Shown here: in pieces, positions 22,928-33,683 of the stretch
How positions within the stretch are numbered: position 1 is the stretch's first letter
Layout: each line of letters begins with the position of its first letter
Assembly: GCF_024502345.1 (NCBI RefSeq)
Contig: NZ_JALDNN010000001.1
Length of the DNA: 64,000 nt
Source of the DNA: Escherichia coli
GTDB lineage: Bacteria; Pseudomonadota; Gammaproteobacteria; Enterobacterales; Enterobacteriaceae
Direction: 5' to 3' (one strand)
Notes under the pieces: model-generated
What the model saw: only the letters and a program-made list of their open reading frames with translations
What the model was told of the DNA's origin: nothing
Databases searched by the model: none
Position numbers and translations under genes: made by a program

Positions 22928-23036
22928 CGGGCAAATTGAAACGCATCTAAGGGGGAATACCGTTTCCCCCTTTAAGAAAGCTATACTCGTCATACTTCAA
23001 GTTGCATGTGCTGCGACTTTAATTATCTAGAGTATA

Positions 23037-23354
23037 TTATTCTATTTCTTGGTTGAATATATTCTGTAGTTCACGATTAAAAATTGCTATTACAGTTTCA
23101 GGTGATTCACCTCGTAATTTCCGCTCATCAATACACTCATCTCTTATATAAATCAACGCATCATTTATTAGCGGGTCAGCATCTTCTCGATCACGTTGAT
23201 GAAATGTTGGATGTAGCCGGAATCGCTCCAGTCGATAGACGGAACCTGTAAATAATTCAGAGCATTTATGGATCTCAAGTCTGAAGGAAAACGGATCTTC
23301 AGGTACAGGGACCTCATAATCGTAAATAGCAACTAGCTCTTTTTGCACGATCAT
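23037..23354 (-). CDS. yehK: uncharacterised protein YehK
   Basis: 105-aa ORF; synteny between yehL and yehI. Confidence 0.7.
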   Translation of the reverse strand: MIVQKELVAIYDYEVPVPEDPFSFRLEIHKCSELFTGSVYRLERFRLHPTFHQRDREDADPLINDALIYIRDECIDERKLRGESPETVIAIFNRELQNIFNQEIE

Positions 23355-23414
23355 CGCTTTCCCCGCTGGTAAGTCGTGTAGATAACGGGCAGTCGCATCA
23401 CTGCCCGCTGTGTT

Positions 23415-25622
23415 TTAATGGAAAATGACGTCAGGTGCGCTTAACGCCTCACTCAAATCAAACACATCAAGTTCGGCAAAAGTGACGGATTTATTGTCAC
23501 GGTACACTCGAAGAGAACGGAAGCTCATTAGCGCTTTGCTATCAACATTGTAGTGGTTAAAACCGGGTGAAAACTTAAGGACCAGCCGGTACTCGCCCAG
23601 GTCATAGACAAATGCATCCTCATAGCCTGACTCCCAGCCTTTGTATCGCATTCCCATAAGCTGCCCAACGGTAGCGGATTTACCTTCCCAGCGAGTCAGG
23701 CTGTTACTGGTTGACTCGTCAGGTGTGAGCAGCACCGTGCACCGCGCCAACTGGCGAAAAGGCGGCATAATTTCGTAATCGGCAAAAAGCTGTGCAAATT
23801 CACTGCGCATTTCTACTGTCATTTCTAACGGGTGGGCAATGCCAATCAGAGCGTCCGCAGGCAGGTCAATTGGCTCATCTTGCGCATTGCAGAACTCCCC
23901 CTCTGCGGCCACACGAAAGGCGTTGAGTAAACAACGCGGTTCATTTGCCGGATAAGCCCCCCATATTAATCGCTGGGTAACCAGACGGGTAAAGGGATGA
24001 TTAACAAACAGAGAATGAAAATCTGCCAGCGACCAGCGTCGGGTGGTACGTAGGGCCGTTTCAAGACGCGGGAGCAGGTTTTTGCTCACCTGAGTGGCAT
24101 CTTTTTTTAGCCCTTTTAGTCGGGCCAGTGCCTCGGGCGCTTTCAGTTGATCGTCATCGGCGCGCAACCGGGGAACGCTTTTCTGGCGAACGTTTTGCTG
24201 ATCAAAGATAACCGGGTTGAGGTTTTCATCGAAGCGAACGGTAAACTGCCGGGGACCAAAATCAAAACTCAACGCCTGCGGATCATCAAGGCCCAGGGTT
24301 GGGACTAATCTGTCCGCTAGCTCTTCCTGGCTTAGCCCGCGATTTTCTGCGACCACCTGAAGAAATTCCGCCGCGTTATCACGTAAGGGGCGGGATTTCG
24401 CCCGTTGCGATATATGATGCAGCTGTATCAGCGCCATATCATTATTCATCAGGGTAAGGATGTTCAGGCCACTGACAGCACGGGCAGATTTGCCTTCTTG
24501 TGGCCAGCCGAGGATCTGTGTCGTTAGATCCCGTGCCGTGCTTTCGTCACCAAAGAGACTTAACGCCAGAAATGCCCAGTTGTCTTTTACGGGGGCACCA
24601 GCTTGTTGCCACGCAGTGAAGAGATCCCAGGCAAAAGCTGCCAGCGTTTGTGGCTGGCAGAACGTTTTCAGTTGTTCCAGCCCGCTATAAAAACGTCCCC
24701 CCTGGGTAAAGCGCAGCATTTCGCCGATAATTTCCAGAGCGTCATCGGTAACAGGTTGATTATTAGTGATAAGGCGCGGCCTGGACCACATTTGCGGATG
24801 CCAGAAATCAGGGGCTTTTGGAATGCGTGCCGGGTAAATCTCTATTGGACTCTGTTTAAGTAATTGTTCCAGGGCAGGCCATAGATCTGTACGCTGCCAA
24901 CGATTGGCTACAGTTTGTAGCAATTCGCCATGCCCATGTTCGTAAAGTAAACGCAGGGCAAGTAATGCAGCTTCGCTTTTATCGCTAGATTTGGTGAAGA
25001 CAAGAGGGATAAGTGCAGTAGCCGTATGTTCCGGCCATTGTAAAATCCACTGGCGAGCCAGATTACGCTGGCCCGCAAAACGCTGCCAGCAGCTTTCCTC
25101 TGCCAGAGAGAGATGCTTACGCAGTCGGAGATCGAATTCGTTATAGGTTTCTGAGCGATAACCATAGCCATAATCCTCGTCCTGATACTGCAATGTCACT
25201 ACCAGAGGATCACTCTCATAACACCGCGCAATAAACTGGCGTGCAATCACCACCTCAGTCGCATATTCCAGCCCCTCTTGTTGGACGATTTCGTCGAGCA
25301 ACTGTTGGCTGTCATTTTGCGCGATACAGGCTAGCGCCGCCATTGTCCGGGGCGGGATTGAGGGTTTGTGTTCGCCGATCAAGTTGATGGCCTGCGTGAT
25401 GGCGGACTGCCACTCCAGTGAAAAATTTTCATAACGCCAGACAATGTTTTTTTTCTTCTCAGCTTTTTGTAGCAATTCATCACCCAGTGTCTGAATGATG
25501 CTTTCAGTGATAACAGGCACTGGTTCGCCCGGCCAATTGCGATGGCTGAGTGGTGTTTTACCATTTTTATATTTCAGTTCCAGTTGGGCGTTATCAGCCA
25601 GCCACGGTAATTCCTTGTCCAT
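23415..25622 (-). CDS. yehI: DUF4132-type protein, paralog of MolR C-terminal region
   Basis: 735-aa ORF sharing long blocks with the adjacent 1264-aa ORF (LRLRKHLSLAEES; FAWDLFTAW...GPRQFTV). Confidence 0.75.
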   Translation of the reverse strand: MDKELPWLADNAQLELKYKNGKTPLSHRNWPGEPVPVITESIIQTLGDELLQKAEKKKNIVWRYENFSLEWQSAITQAINLIGEHKPSIPPRTMAALACIAQNDSQQLLDEIVQQEGLEYATEVVIARQFIARCYESDPLVVTLQYQDEDYGYGYRSETYNEFDLRLRKHLSLAEESCWQRFAGQRNLARQWILQWPEHTATALIPLVFTKSSDKSEAALLALRLLYEHGHGELLQTVANRWQRTDLWPALEQLLKQSPIEIYPARIPKAPDFWHPQMWSRPRLITNNQPVTDDALEIIGEMLRFTQGGRFYSGLEQLKTFCQPQTLAAFAWDLFTAWQQAGAPVKDNWAFLALSLFGDESTARDLTTQILGWPQEGKSARAVSGLNILTLMNNDMALIQLHHISQRAKSRPLRDNAAEFLQVVAENRGLSQEELADRLVPTLGLDDPQALSFDFGPRQFTVRFDENLNPVIFDQQNVRQKSVPRLRADDDQLKAPEALARLKGLKKDATQVSKNLLPRLETALRTTRRWSLADFHSLFVNHPFTRLVTQRLIWGAYPANEPRCLLNAFRVAAEGEFCNAQDEPIDLPADALIGIAHPLEMTVEMRSEFAQLFADYEIMPPFRQLARCTVLLTPDESTSNSLTRWEGKSATVGQLMGMRYKGWESGYEDAFVYDLGEYRLVLKFSPGFNHYNVDSKALMSFRSLRVYRDNKSVTFAELDVFDLSEALSAPDVIFH

Positions 25623-25631
25623 GCTCTTTCC

Positions 25632-28600
25632 TTATTCAAACAGGGCTTCAATATCGTTAATTAGCTCGCTGGCGGTGATGGCATCGAGTACGGAGAGCTG
25701 CGCTTCCTGTGTTGAATTACTCCCCCAGCCATAGCTTTCCGCTTTGCCTTCCCATAGCCACAGCTTGCTTAAGAGCTGCTCAGCGCTAAGTTCGGCTGGT
25801 GACATACCCACTGCAAAGCCTTCATCGATTTCCATGATTAACGACCAGCGGCCCAGAGGTTTGATCATCCAGCCGATCCAGCCTCCATCCTGTGGTTCGC
25901 CCTTTATCCAGCCTTTATTCGCCAGCCCCATTACCCGACCGCTCGGGCATTTTCTGCTTGCCCAGCGGGTCAGTTCGCTGGCATTGCGCTCGGTTTCTGT
26001 CAGGGCGTAACTGTTACGGTCGAGCTGGCGGAACGGCGGTAGCAGTTCGTAGTCGGCAAAAAGCTGCCCAAATGCGGCGGCATCCGTCGGTGATATTTCC
26101 AGAACGTGAGGAATACCAACAGAGATATCGCCTTCCGGCAGGGTGAAAAGATCATCGTCAGCGGTGCTGTAGCTGTTATCTTCCGCTACGCGAAAGCAAG
26201 CCAGTAGCTGGTTTTCGGCGCTATAAACACCCCAAATCAGACGGCGGGTTAAGTGGCGAACCAACGGATGCTCAACCAGGAAGAGCTGGAAGTTTTCCGG
26301 CGACCAGCGGCGGCGCAGGCACATGGCGGATTCCAGCCTTGCTACCTGCTGGGCGGCGACGGTACGCGCATCTTTTTTCAGCAATTTGTAGCGGTTAACC
26401 GCATCGTTCGCCTGTGATTCATCATCGCTTTTATTGGGTTTAGGTAAGTCTTTCAGGCGGCTGCCGGAAACATCACGCACAAACGGTTTTAAGGTTTCAT
26501 CAAAGCTGACGGTGAACTGGCGTGGGCCAAAATCCAGCAGCAACGAACCGTTATCATCCAGACCGAGATCCGGTGCTAACCGATCTTCAAGCTCCGCCAC
26601 TGTCAGTTCGCGACTTTCGGCAATGTCGGCAATTTTCTCTTTCGCCCGCTCCTGTAATGCTTTGAATTTCAGTTTCTGGGCAATGCCGTTAAGCTGCATC
26701 AGGGCGATATCACTACCGATAGCGGCGAGAATATCCAACCCAACGGTGGCGCGTTTATGCTGAGATTCGCCAGGCCAGGCGCGGATTAATGGCGTCAGTT
26801 TGCGGGCGGTGTCATCGTTGCCGAGAACACCTAACGCAATGAACGCCCAGCTTTCTTTCGATGGCGCGCCCGCAGTCAGCCAGGCGGTAAACAGATCCCA
26901 GGCAAATTCAGCCAGTGAGTCGGCGGTACAGGCATCTTTCACCTGCAATAATCCCGGATACAGAGCCTCTTCCTGAGGGAAGCGGAGCATTTCACCGAGG
27001 TGCTGGAGTGCGCTATCGGGCAGTGATTGGGCGTTTGCTTTTAATACCGGGCGCGTCCAGAGCGATGGCTGATAAAAGGCCGGAAGAGTGGGGATTTTTG
27101 TCGGGTGATTATCTAAGGGATCGAGCGCAAGCAGAGCGTTCACCGCGTCTGTTACTTCCGGCTGGTTATAACGCCGGGCGATTTCTTGCAGTAATGGCTG
27201 ATGACCATTTTCGGTAAGCATACGCAAGGCAGCGCGGGCGTTATCCTGTGCTTCACCGGCTTTGCCGAGCGCCGCAGGCAGCAGGCCGGTAAGGGCATGT
27301 TCCGGGTATTTCAGCAGCCAGGTGCGGGCGTCTTGTCGTAGGGTTTTGAGTTTGTTGAAGGCGCGGGCGACGGCAGGAGCTAGCTCACTCGCTGCGAAGT
27401 AATTCGTGATGGGCAAGGCTTCCTGCGGATAGCGTGTAATTGAGTTAACTAAACCAGGTAAACCTTTGAGTCCAAAATGTAACATGGCGTATTCGGTATC
27501 GGTATGTGGAGATAGAGTAAGGGCATTCCATGCTTTTACTGCTTTCTCCAGCGGCAATGTTGTCAAAATCCCCAAATGCCAATAATGCCCGGTAGGTGAA
27601 TGAAACACCTTAAATTCACTTATTAAGGTTGAATAATCTTCATTTAGCCATGCCTCAACTACCGCTTCGGGAGCTTTAATATATGTACCAGCGATCCGTC
27701 GTTGAAAACCCATCCTTGCCAACAGGTTGGTAGTACTTTCTTCATGGCTAACCGTGATGTGTTGTGAATACCAGATATATTTCGCCAAAAGTTGATTACT
27801 GATTTCTTCTGTCATATAACAGATTGGCTCAATGCCTAATGGCGCTAAATCCAGCACCGGAATCGGCGATTTTTTCTTTTTCGAAAGCCATGGTGGGGAG
27901 ACTACTATGGCAGGCAGTAGATCGGCGCAGGCATGGTTTGAGGGCTGTGTCAGTTGTTGCTGGCATGATTTCAGTACGGCAACTGCGGGTGTCGAGAGCC
28001 AGGGAAGGACCTGTTCTGCCAGTGCTGGTTGTGAGATAAGCATTGTCATTAGCATAATGCGCCAACTGTTCTCTTCTTTTTGCCCAAGAAGTTCCGTCAG
28101 TGCCGCCATTGCTGCATGTGGGAACGCAGCAATGGCTTTCGTCATCCGATCGTGACAGCGTTTAGTTTGCCCGGCTACACGTATAAGCAGTGTCAATGCG
28201 ACCGGATGATTGATATGACGCAACACATCGGCGCAGTAGTCACTTGCGGCATAGGGAGCAAATCGGGGCAGGGCTGCAACACCTTGCTCCTGTAATACGG
28301 TGGCTGACCATATCGCACCACAATAGTAATCATCAAAAATGGCATATGGCTCGTGATATTTTTCTAATGAGGCAAGAATGTGCTCATCAGTCGCCACTAT
28401 TTTTAACCACTCAAGCGAGGGTAATTTTTTTTGCCCCAGTAGACGCTGGGCAATTTCATGTGCAATTTCTGGTTTTTCGGGTAATAACAAAGCAATTAAT
28501 GGTTGCCGCCATTCTGGAATATGTGGAATTGCGGCAATAAGTTTTTGTGCACATTTTTGCCAGAGAGACTCTTCCGCCAGTGATAAATGTTTACGTAGGC

Positions 28601-29426
28601 GTAATTCAAATCTGGAATATTGCTCCAAGTAGTTAGGTGCAATGCCAGACGGCAGAATAATAATGACATTATTCGCATAATCCCATTCAATATCAATCTG
28701 TTGAAGGTGTATTATTACATCAGTAGCATATGCCAGACCGCCTTCCTGGACGATCTGATCCATAACATCCTCACGCACTTTATATCTTGTGCATTTCATT
28801 TCAAGTGCCGTGAGTACAGCCATTACTGGTGATGGTAACTGTGTTGTTTTCAGGCCGTCGATCTGACTGATCGCCTGGGCGACGGTGTTTTGCCATTCTA
28901 AAGAACAGGCGCTGAAGTCAAATGTGGCTGTTTTATTATCCCGTTGCGACACACTACAGGCTAAGCGACGTAAGTGGGTCAATTTGTCTGCTTGCTGAAC
29001 AGGAACTTCGGGAAAGCGGCGATGGCTTAACGTGGTGTGTACAACTTCGGGCGGAAAAACGACAGCAATATCTTTCGCCAGCCACGGTAAAACAGCATCT
29101 GTATTTTTGTCAGCCGCACGGGTTTCTGCTACGAAAGAGGGTTGTTCCTGAATAATGGTGGATAAGTCCGCTACCTTGAGAGAGCCCGTTACCGTTTGGG
29201 AAGGTTGCAAAGAATTATCCTTCGCTTGCTCCATATATCCCTTCTTCACCTTCTCCGCAATCAGCTTCAGTTCCGCTTTTGCCGCCGCTGCAGCATCTGC
29301 AAAGCTTTTTACCTGACTTTGCCCGTTAGTGCCGACTTTACCCCAGTTGATATGCAGCTCGTTGTCTTGCTGCTCCACCGCCCAGAATTTATGTGATTTT
29401 TCGTCCTGATAGATATAACTCTTCAT
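25632..29426 (-). CDS. molR: WGR-domain/DUF4132 protein MolR, intact
   Basis: 1264-aa uninterrupted ORF; N-terminal WGR-like motif (KFWAVEQQDNELHINWGKVGTNGQ); next to metG. Confidence 0.8.
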   Translation of the reverse strand: MKSYIYQDEKSHKFWAVEQQDNELHINWGKVGTNGQSQVKSFADAAAAAKAELKLIAEKVKKGYMEQAKDNSLQPSQTVTGSLKVADLSTIIQEQPSFVAETRAADKNTDAVLPWLAKDIAVVFPPEVVHTTLSHRRFPEVPVQQADKLTHLRRLACSVSQRDNKTATFDFSACSLEWQNTVAQAISQIDGLKTTQLPSPVMAVLTALEMKCTRYKVREDVMDQIVQEGGLAYATDVIIHLQQIDIEWDYANNVIIILPSGIAPNYLEQYSRFELRLRKHLSLAEESLWQKCAQKLIAAIPHIPEWRQPLIALLLPEKPEIAHEIAQRLLGQKKLPSLEWLKIVATDEHILASLEKYHEPYAIFDDYYCGAIWSATVLQEQGVAALPRFAPYAASDYCADVLRHINHPVALTLLIRVAGQTKRCHDRMTKAIAAFPHAAMAALTELLGQKEENSWRIMLMTMLISQPALAEQVLPWLSTPAVAVLKSCQQQLTQPSNHACADLLPAIVVSPPWLSKKKKSPIPVLDLAPLGIEPICYMTEEISNQLLAKYIWYSQHITVSHEESTTNLLARMGFQRRIAGTYIKAPEAVVEAWLNEDYSTLISEFKVFHSPTGHYWHLGILTTLPLEKAVKAWNALTLSPHTDTEYAMLHFGLKGLPGLVNSITRYPQEALPITNYFAASELAPAVARAFNKLKTLRQDARTWLLKYPEHALTGLLPAALGKAGEAQDNARAALRMLTENGHQPLLQEIARRYNQPEVTDAVNALLALDPLDNHPTKIPTLPAFYQPSLWTRPVLKANAQSLPDSALQHLGEMLRFPQEEALYPGLLQVKDACTADSLAEFAWDLFTAWLTAGAPSKESWAFIALGVLGNDDTARKLTPLIRAWPGESQHKRATVGLDILAAIGSDIALMQLNGIAQKLKFKALQERAKEKIADIAESRELTVAELEDRLAPDLGLDDNGSLLLDFGPRQFTVSFDETLKPFVRDVSGSRLKDLPKPNKSDDESQANDAVNRYKLLKKDARTVAAQQVARLESAMCLRRRWSPENFQLFLVEHPLVRHLTRRLIWGVYSAENQLLACFRVAEDNSYSTADDDLFTLPEGDISVGIPHVLEISPTDAAAFGQLFADYELLPPFRQLDRNSYALTETERNASELTRWASRKCPSGRVMGLANKGWIKGEPQDGGWIGWMIKPLGRWSLIMEIDEGFAVGMSPAELSAEQLLSKLWLWEGKAESYGWGSNSTQEAQLSVLDAITASELINDIEALFE

Positions 29427-29532
29427 CCGCGTTTCCTGTATTTATATCCAGTTATAAGCGGATGCTAGCAGTTAATGAAAAAAATTAAGAGCGTTGAACA
29501 AACAAGAAAACAACTTTAGGAATTTATAAAGA

Positions 29533-29559
29533 AAAGGCGCTGTCGATGCAGCGCCTTGA
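29533..29559 (-). terminator. metG terminator hairpin
   Basis: aaggcgctgtcgatgcagcgcctt inverted repeat just past metG stop, T-run on minus strand. Confidence 0.6.
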
Positions 29560-29566
29560 AGGGGGA

Positions 29567-31600
29567 TTATTTCACCTGATGACCCGGTTTAGCACCAGCA
29601 TCCGGGCTTAGCAGGAAAATATCTTTCCCGCCAGGACCGGCAGCCATCACCATGCCTTCGGAGATACCGAAGCGCATTTTACGTGGTGCCAGGTTAGCCA
29701 CCATAATGGTGTGACGACCAATCAGTGCCTGCGGATCCGGGTAAGCAGAACGAATGCCGGAGAAGACATTACGCTTTTCGCCGCCGAGATCCAGCGTCAG
29801 GCGTAGCAGTTTGTCAGAACCTTCAACAAACTCTGCGTTTTCAATCAGCGCCACGCGCAGGTCAACTTTGGCGAAGTCGTCAAAGGTGATGGTTTCCTGA
29901 ATCGGATCATCTGCCAGCGGGCCAGTTACCGGCGCGGCAGCTGCTTTCACTTCTTCTTTAGACGCTTCCACCAGTGCTTCAACCTGCTTCATATCTATGC
30001 GGTTATACAGCGCCTTGAACGGATTCACTTTATGGCCCAGCAGCGGTTGCTGGATACCATCCCAGGTCAGTTCCGTATTAAGGAATGCTTCTGCGCGCTC
30101 GGTCAGTTTCGGCAGTACCGGCTTCAGGTAAGTCATCAGCACGCGGAACAGGTTTATGCCCATTGAGCAAATTGCCTGCAGGTCGGCATCGCGGCCTTCC
30201 TGTTTCGCTACCACCCACGGAGCCTGTTCATCGACATAGCGGTTAGCCAGATCAGCCAGCGCCATGATTTCGCGCACTGCTTTACCAAATTCGCGGCTTT
30301 CCCACGCTTCACCAATCACTTCAGCGGCATCAGTGAAGGTTCTGTACAACTGCGGGTCAGCCAGTTCGCTTGCCAGCACGCCGTCAAAACGCTTGTTGAT
30401 AAAGCCCGCGTTGCGGGAGGCCAGGTTAACCACTTTGTTCACGATATCGGCATTCACGCGCTGAACGAAATCTTCCAGGTTGAGATCGATATCATCAATG
30501 CGCGAAGAGAGTTTCGCAGTGTAGTAGTAACGCAGGCTGTCGGCGTCAAAATGATTCAGCCAGGTGCTGGCTTTAATAAAGGTACCGCGAGACTTAGACA
30601 TCTTCGCGCCGTTCACCGTCACATAGCCATGAACAAACAGGTTGGTCGGCTTGCGGAAGTTGCTGCCTTCCAGCATTGCTGGCCAGAACAGACTGTGGAA
30701 GTAAACAATATCTTTACCGATGAAGTGGTACAGCTCGGCGGTGGAGTCTTTCTTCCAGTATTCATCGAAGCTTACGCTGTCGCCGCGCTTGTCGCACAGA
30801 TTCTTGAAAGAACCCATATAGCCAATCGGCGCATCTAGCCAGACGTAGAAATATTTACCCGGCGCGTTCGGAATTTCAAAACCGAAGTACGGCGCGTCGC
30901 GGGAGATATCCCACTGTTGCAGGCCAGATTCAAACCACTCCTGCATTTTATTTGCCACCTGCTCCTGCAACGCACCGCTGCGGGTCCATGCCTGCAACAT
31001 TTCGCTGAAAGAGGGCAGATCAAAGAAGAAGTGTTCAGAATCACGCATTACCGGCGTAGCGCCAGAAACCACCGATTTCGGCTCGATCAATTCAGTCGGG
31101 CTGTAGGTCGCGCCGCAGACTTCGCAGTTATCGCCGTATTGATCCGGGGATTTACATTTCGGGCAGGTGCCTTTTACAAAACGGTCCGGCAGGAACATGC
31201 CTTTTTCCGGATCGTACAGCTGAGAGATGGTGCGGTTTTTAATAAAACCGTTTTCTTTCAGGCGAGAGTAGATAAGTTCTGACAACTGGCGGTTCTCTTC
31301 GCTGTGCGTCGAGTGATAGTTGTCATAGCTGATGTTAAAGCCTGCGAAATCAGTCTGATGCTCCTGACTCATTTCGCCAATCATCTGCTCCGGGGTGATA
31401 CCAAGCTGCTGAGCTTTCAGCATGATCGGTGTACCGTGGGCATCGTCGGCGCAGATGAAGTTGACCTCGTGGCCGCGCATTCGCTGGTAACGGACCCAGA
31501 CATCAGCCTGGATGTGCTCCAGCATATGGCCGAGGTGGATTGAGCCGTTAGCGTACGGCAGTGCGCACGTCACCAGAATTTTCTTCGCGACTTGAGTCAT
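29567..31600 (-). CDS. metG: methionine--tRNA ligase
   Basis: HIGH motif ([11 protein letters not shown]), KMSKS motif, zinc knuckles CPKC...CEVC; start trimmed to [10 protein letters not shown]. Confidence 0.95.
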   Translation of the reverse strand: MTQVAKKILVTCALPYANGSIHLGHMLEHIQADVWVRYQRMRGHEVNFICADDAHGTPIMLKAQQLGITPEQMIGEMSQEHQTDFAGFNISYDNYHSTHSEENRQLSELIYSRLKENGFIKNRTISQLYDPEKGMFLPDRFVKGTCPKCKSPDQYGDNCEVCGATYSPTELIEPKSVVSGATPVMRDSEHFFFDLPSFSEMLQAWTRSGALQEQVANKMQEWFESGLQQWDISRDAPYFGFEIPNAPGKYFYVWLDAPIGYMGSFKNLCDKRGDSVSFDEYWKKDSTAELYHFIGKDIVYFHSLFWPAMLEGSNFRKPTNLFVHGYVTVNGAKMSKSRGTFIKASTWLNHFDADSLRYYYTAKLSSRIDDIDLNLEDFVQRVNADIVNKVVNLASRNAGFINKRFDGVLASELADPQLYRTFTDAAEVIGEAWESREFGKAVREIMALADLANRYVDEQAPWVVAKQEGRDADLQAICSMGINLFRVLMTYLKPVLPKLTERAEAFLNTELTWDGIQQPLLGHKVNPFKALYNRIDMKQVEALVEASKEEVKAAAAPVTGPLADDPIQETITFDDFAKVDLRVALIENAEFVEGSDKLLRLTLDLGGEKRNVFSGIRSAYPDPQALIGRHTIMVANLAPRKMRFGISEGMVMAAGPGGKDIFLLSPDAGAKPGHQVK

Positions 31601-31731
31601 AGTAGGCATTACTTCTTAATAGTGAAAAGGGGTTAGATAGTACCAAATGGGAAAATGTTAAGTAAGTACTTCTCTATATTCTTCAGGTAAACTATCAGCT
31701 GATGGTTTATCTATACAAAAAAGGAGTCGGG

Positions 31732-32841
31732 ATGAACGAACAATCCCAGGCCAAATCACCAGAAGCCTTGCGCGCAATGGTCGCCGGGACACTGGCCAAT
31801 TTTCAGCACCCAACCCTGAAGCATAACCTCACCACGCTGAAAGCGTTGCACCATGTCGCCTGGATGGACGACACGTTGCATGTGGAACTGGTTATGCCAT
31901 TCGTCTGGCATAGCGCGTTTGAAGAGTTAAAAGAGCAATGTAGCGCCGAACTGCTGCGTATCACCGGGGCGAAAGCTATCGACTGGAAACTGTCGCACAA
32001 TATCGCCACCTTAAAACGCGTGAAGAATCAGCCGGGTATTAATGGCGTGAAGAACATCATTGCGGTCAGTTCCGGTAAAGGCGGCGTGGGTAAATCCTCC
32101 ACGGCGGTAAACCTGGCGCTGGCACTGGCGGCGGAAGGGGCGAAAGTCGGCATTCTGGACGCCGATATCTACGGCCCATCAATTCCCACCATGCTGGGCG
32201 CAGAAAATCAGCGTCCAACTTCGCCGGACGGTACCCATATGGCACCGATTATGTCTCATGGCCTGGCAACCAATTCAATTGGTTATCTGGTCACTGACGA
32301 CAATGCGATGGTGTGGCGTGGACCGATGGCGAGCAAGGCGTTAATGCAGATGCTGCAGGAAACCTTGTGGCCGGATCTCGACTATCTGGTGCTTGATATG
32401 CCGCCAGGCACCGGTGACATTCAATTGACGCTGGCGCAAAACATTCCAGTAACTGGTGCAGTCGTGGTCACCACCCCGCAGGACATCGCGTTGATCGATG
32501 CGAAAAAAGGCATTGTGATGTTCGAGAAAGTCGAGGTTCCGGTGCTCGGTATTGTCGAGAACATGAGTGTGCATATTTGCAGTAACTGTGGTCACCATGA
32601 ACCGATTTTCGGTACCGGTGGTGCAGAGAAACTGGCTGAAAAATACCATACACAGCTGCTGGGGCAGATGCCGTTACACATCTCCTTACGTGAGGATCTC
32701 GATAAAGGCACGCCAACGGTTATCAGCCGTCCGGAGAGCGAATTTACCGCTATCTACCGCCAGCTGGCTGACCGCGTTGCAGCTCAGCTCTACTGGCAGG
32801 GTGAAGTCATTCCAGGCGAGATTTCCTTCCGCGCGGTCTAA
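31732..32841 (+). CDS. apbC: Fe-S cluster carrier ATPase (Mrp/NBP35 family)
   Basis: P-loop GKGGVGKSS and CxxC (CSNCGHH); start trimmed to MNEQSQAKSP. Confidence 0.9.
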   Translation: MNEQSQAKSPEALRAMVAGTLANFQHPTLKHNLTTLKALHHVAWMDDTLHVELVMPFVWHSAFEELKEQCSAELLRITGAKAIDWKLSHNIATLKRVKNQPGINGVKNIIAVSSGKGGVGKSSTAVNLALALAAEGAKVGILDADIYGPSIPTMLGAENQRPTSPDGTHMAPIMSHGLATNSIGYLVTDDNAMVWRGPMASKALMQMLQETLWPDLDYLVLDMPPGTGDIQLTLAQNIPVTGAVVVTTPQDIALIDAKKGIVMFEKVEVPVLGIVENMSVHICSNCGHHEPIFGTGGAEKLAEKYHTQLLGQMPLHISLREDLDKGTPTVISRPESEFTAIYRQLADRVAAQLYWQGEVIPGEISFRAV

Positions 32842-33103
32842 CGCCTATTAACCATTCTGGTTATTCTTCATACACCGCAGAGATGTTATATTGATGCGGT
32901 GTATTTGTTTTTGCCGCATTAATGAACACTTATTTAATACTGCGAATATTCTGCGGACCTTCGTCCGAAACTCTACAAAGTCGATTGATCGTACAGGCAA
33001 TGCTTCATTATCATCCTTCGTGGCTGTGTAGTGGATGTACAGCTATAGTTTGTTATGCACTCATTCTATCCAGGCATAACCTTTACTACAGGGATAACGT
33101 TCA

Positions 33104-33385
33104 ATGAATAAGTATTGGCTGTCAGGAATTATTTTTCTTGCCTATGGATTGGCTTCTCCCGCGTTCTCTTCAGAGACTGCAACATTAACCATCAATGGCA
33201 GAATTAGTTCCCCTACATGCAGTATGGATGTTGTTAATAATCATCTTCAGCAACGTTGTGGGCAGTTGTTACAACGAGTTGAAACCAACTATCGTGCTTC
33301 TTCTACTGCAAAAGGCGTTACGACAGAAGTGGTAACTGTGGGTAATAACGACAAACGCAAAATCGTGTTAAATCGCTACGATTAA
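33104..33385 (+). CDS. yehE: small secreted protein YehE
   Basis: 93-aa ORF with signal peptide; upstream of the yeh fimbrial genes. Confidence 0.65.
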   Translation: MNKYWLSGIIFLAYGLASPAFSSETATLTINGRISSPTCSMDVVNNHLQQRCGQLLQRVETNYRASSTAKGVTTEVVTVGNNDKRKIVLNRYD

Positions 33386-33683
33386 TTTGCCAACACCGTT
33401 TTAAGCATTAAGCATATTTAAAAAGCCAAAATCATTCCTATGAATGATTTTGGCTTTTTTATTCACCTCATGAATGTTATTTACGGTAATTTACGGTAAT
33501 TAATCAGTTTCAAAAATGTTTGTTATAGCGAATTATTTGTTGTATTTATATCGCATTAGTTAATTTGTTTTAAATCAACAAAACAATATGTTTACATTGC
33601 GGCAACTTTTTTGATGTGAGAAATTTGTTTCCAAGAGATACAGACTCTTAACAAAACAAAATAAACTTATTAAGGAATGCATC

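Larger units (their letters stand above)
22487..22972. repeat. tandem duplication unit 2 (zor-orz-like locus)
   Basis: Second copy of the unit at 21877..22366. Confidence 0.85.

Noticed and set aside
21877-22972. Possible CRISPR array suggested by repeated blocks
   Set aside because: Only two repeat copies, each about 490 bp and containing an ORF and terminator; this is a tandem gene duplication, not a short-repeat/spacer array. No cas genes in the window
33481-33500. Tandem direct repeat ttacggtaat x2 upstream of yehD
   Set aside because: Only two copies of a 10-mer in an AT-rich promoter region; too little to support any call
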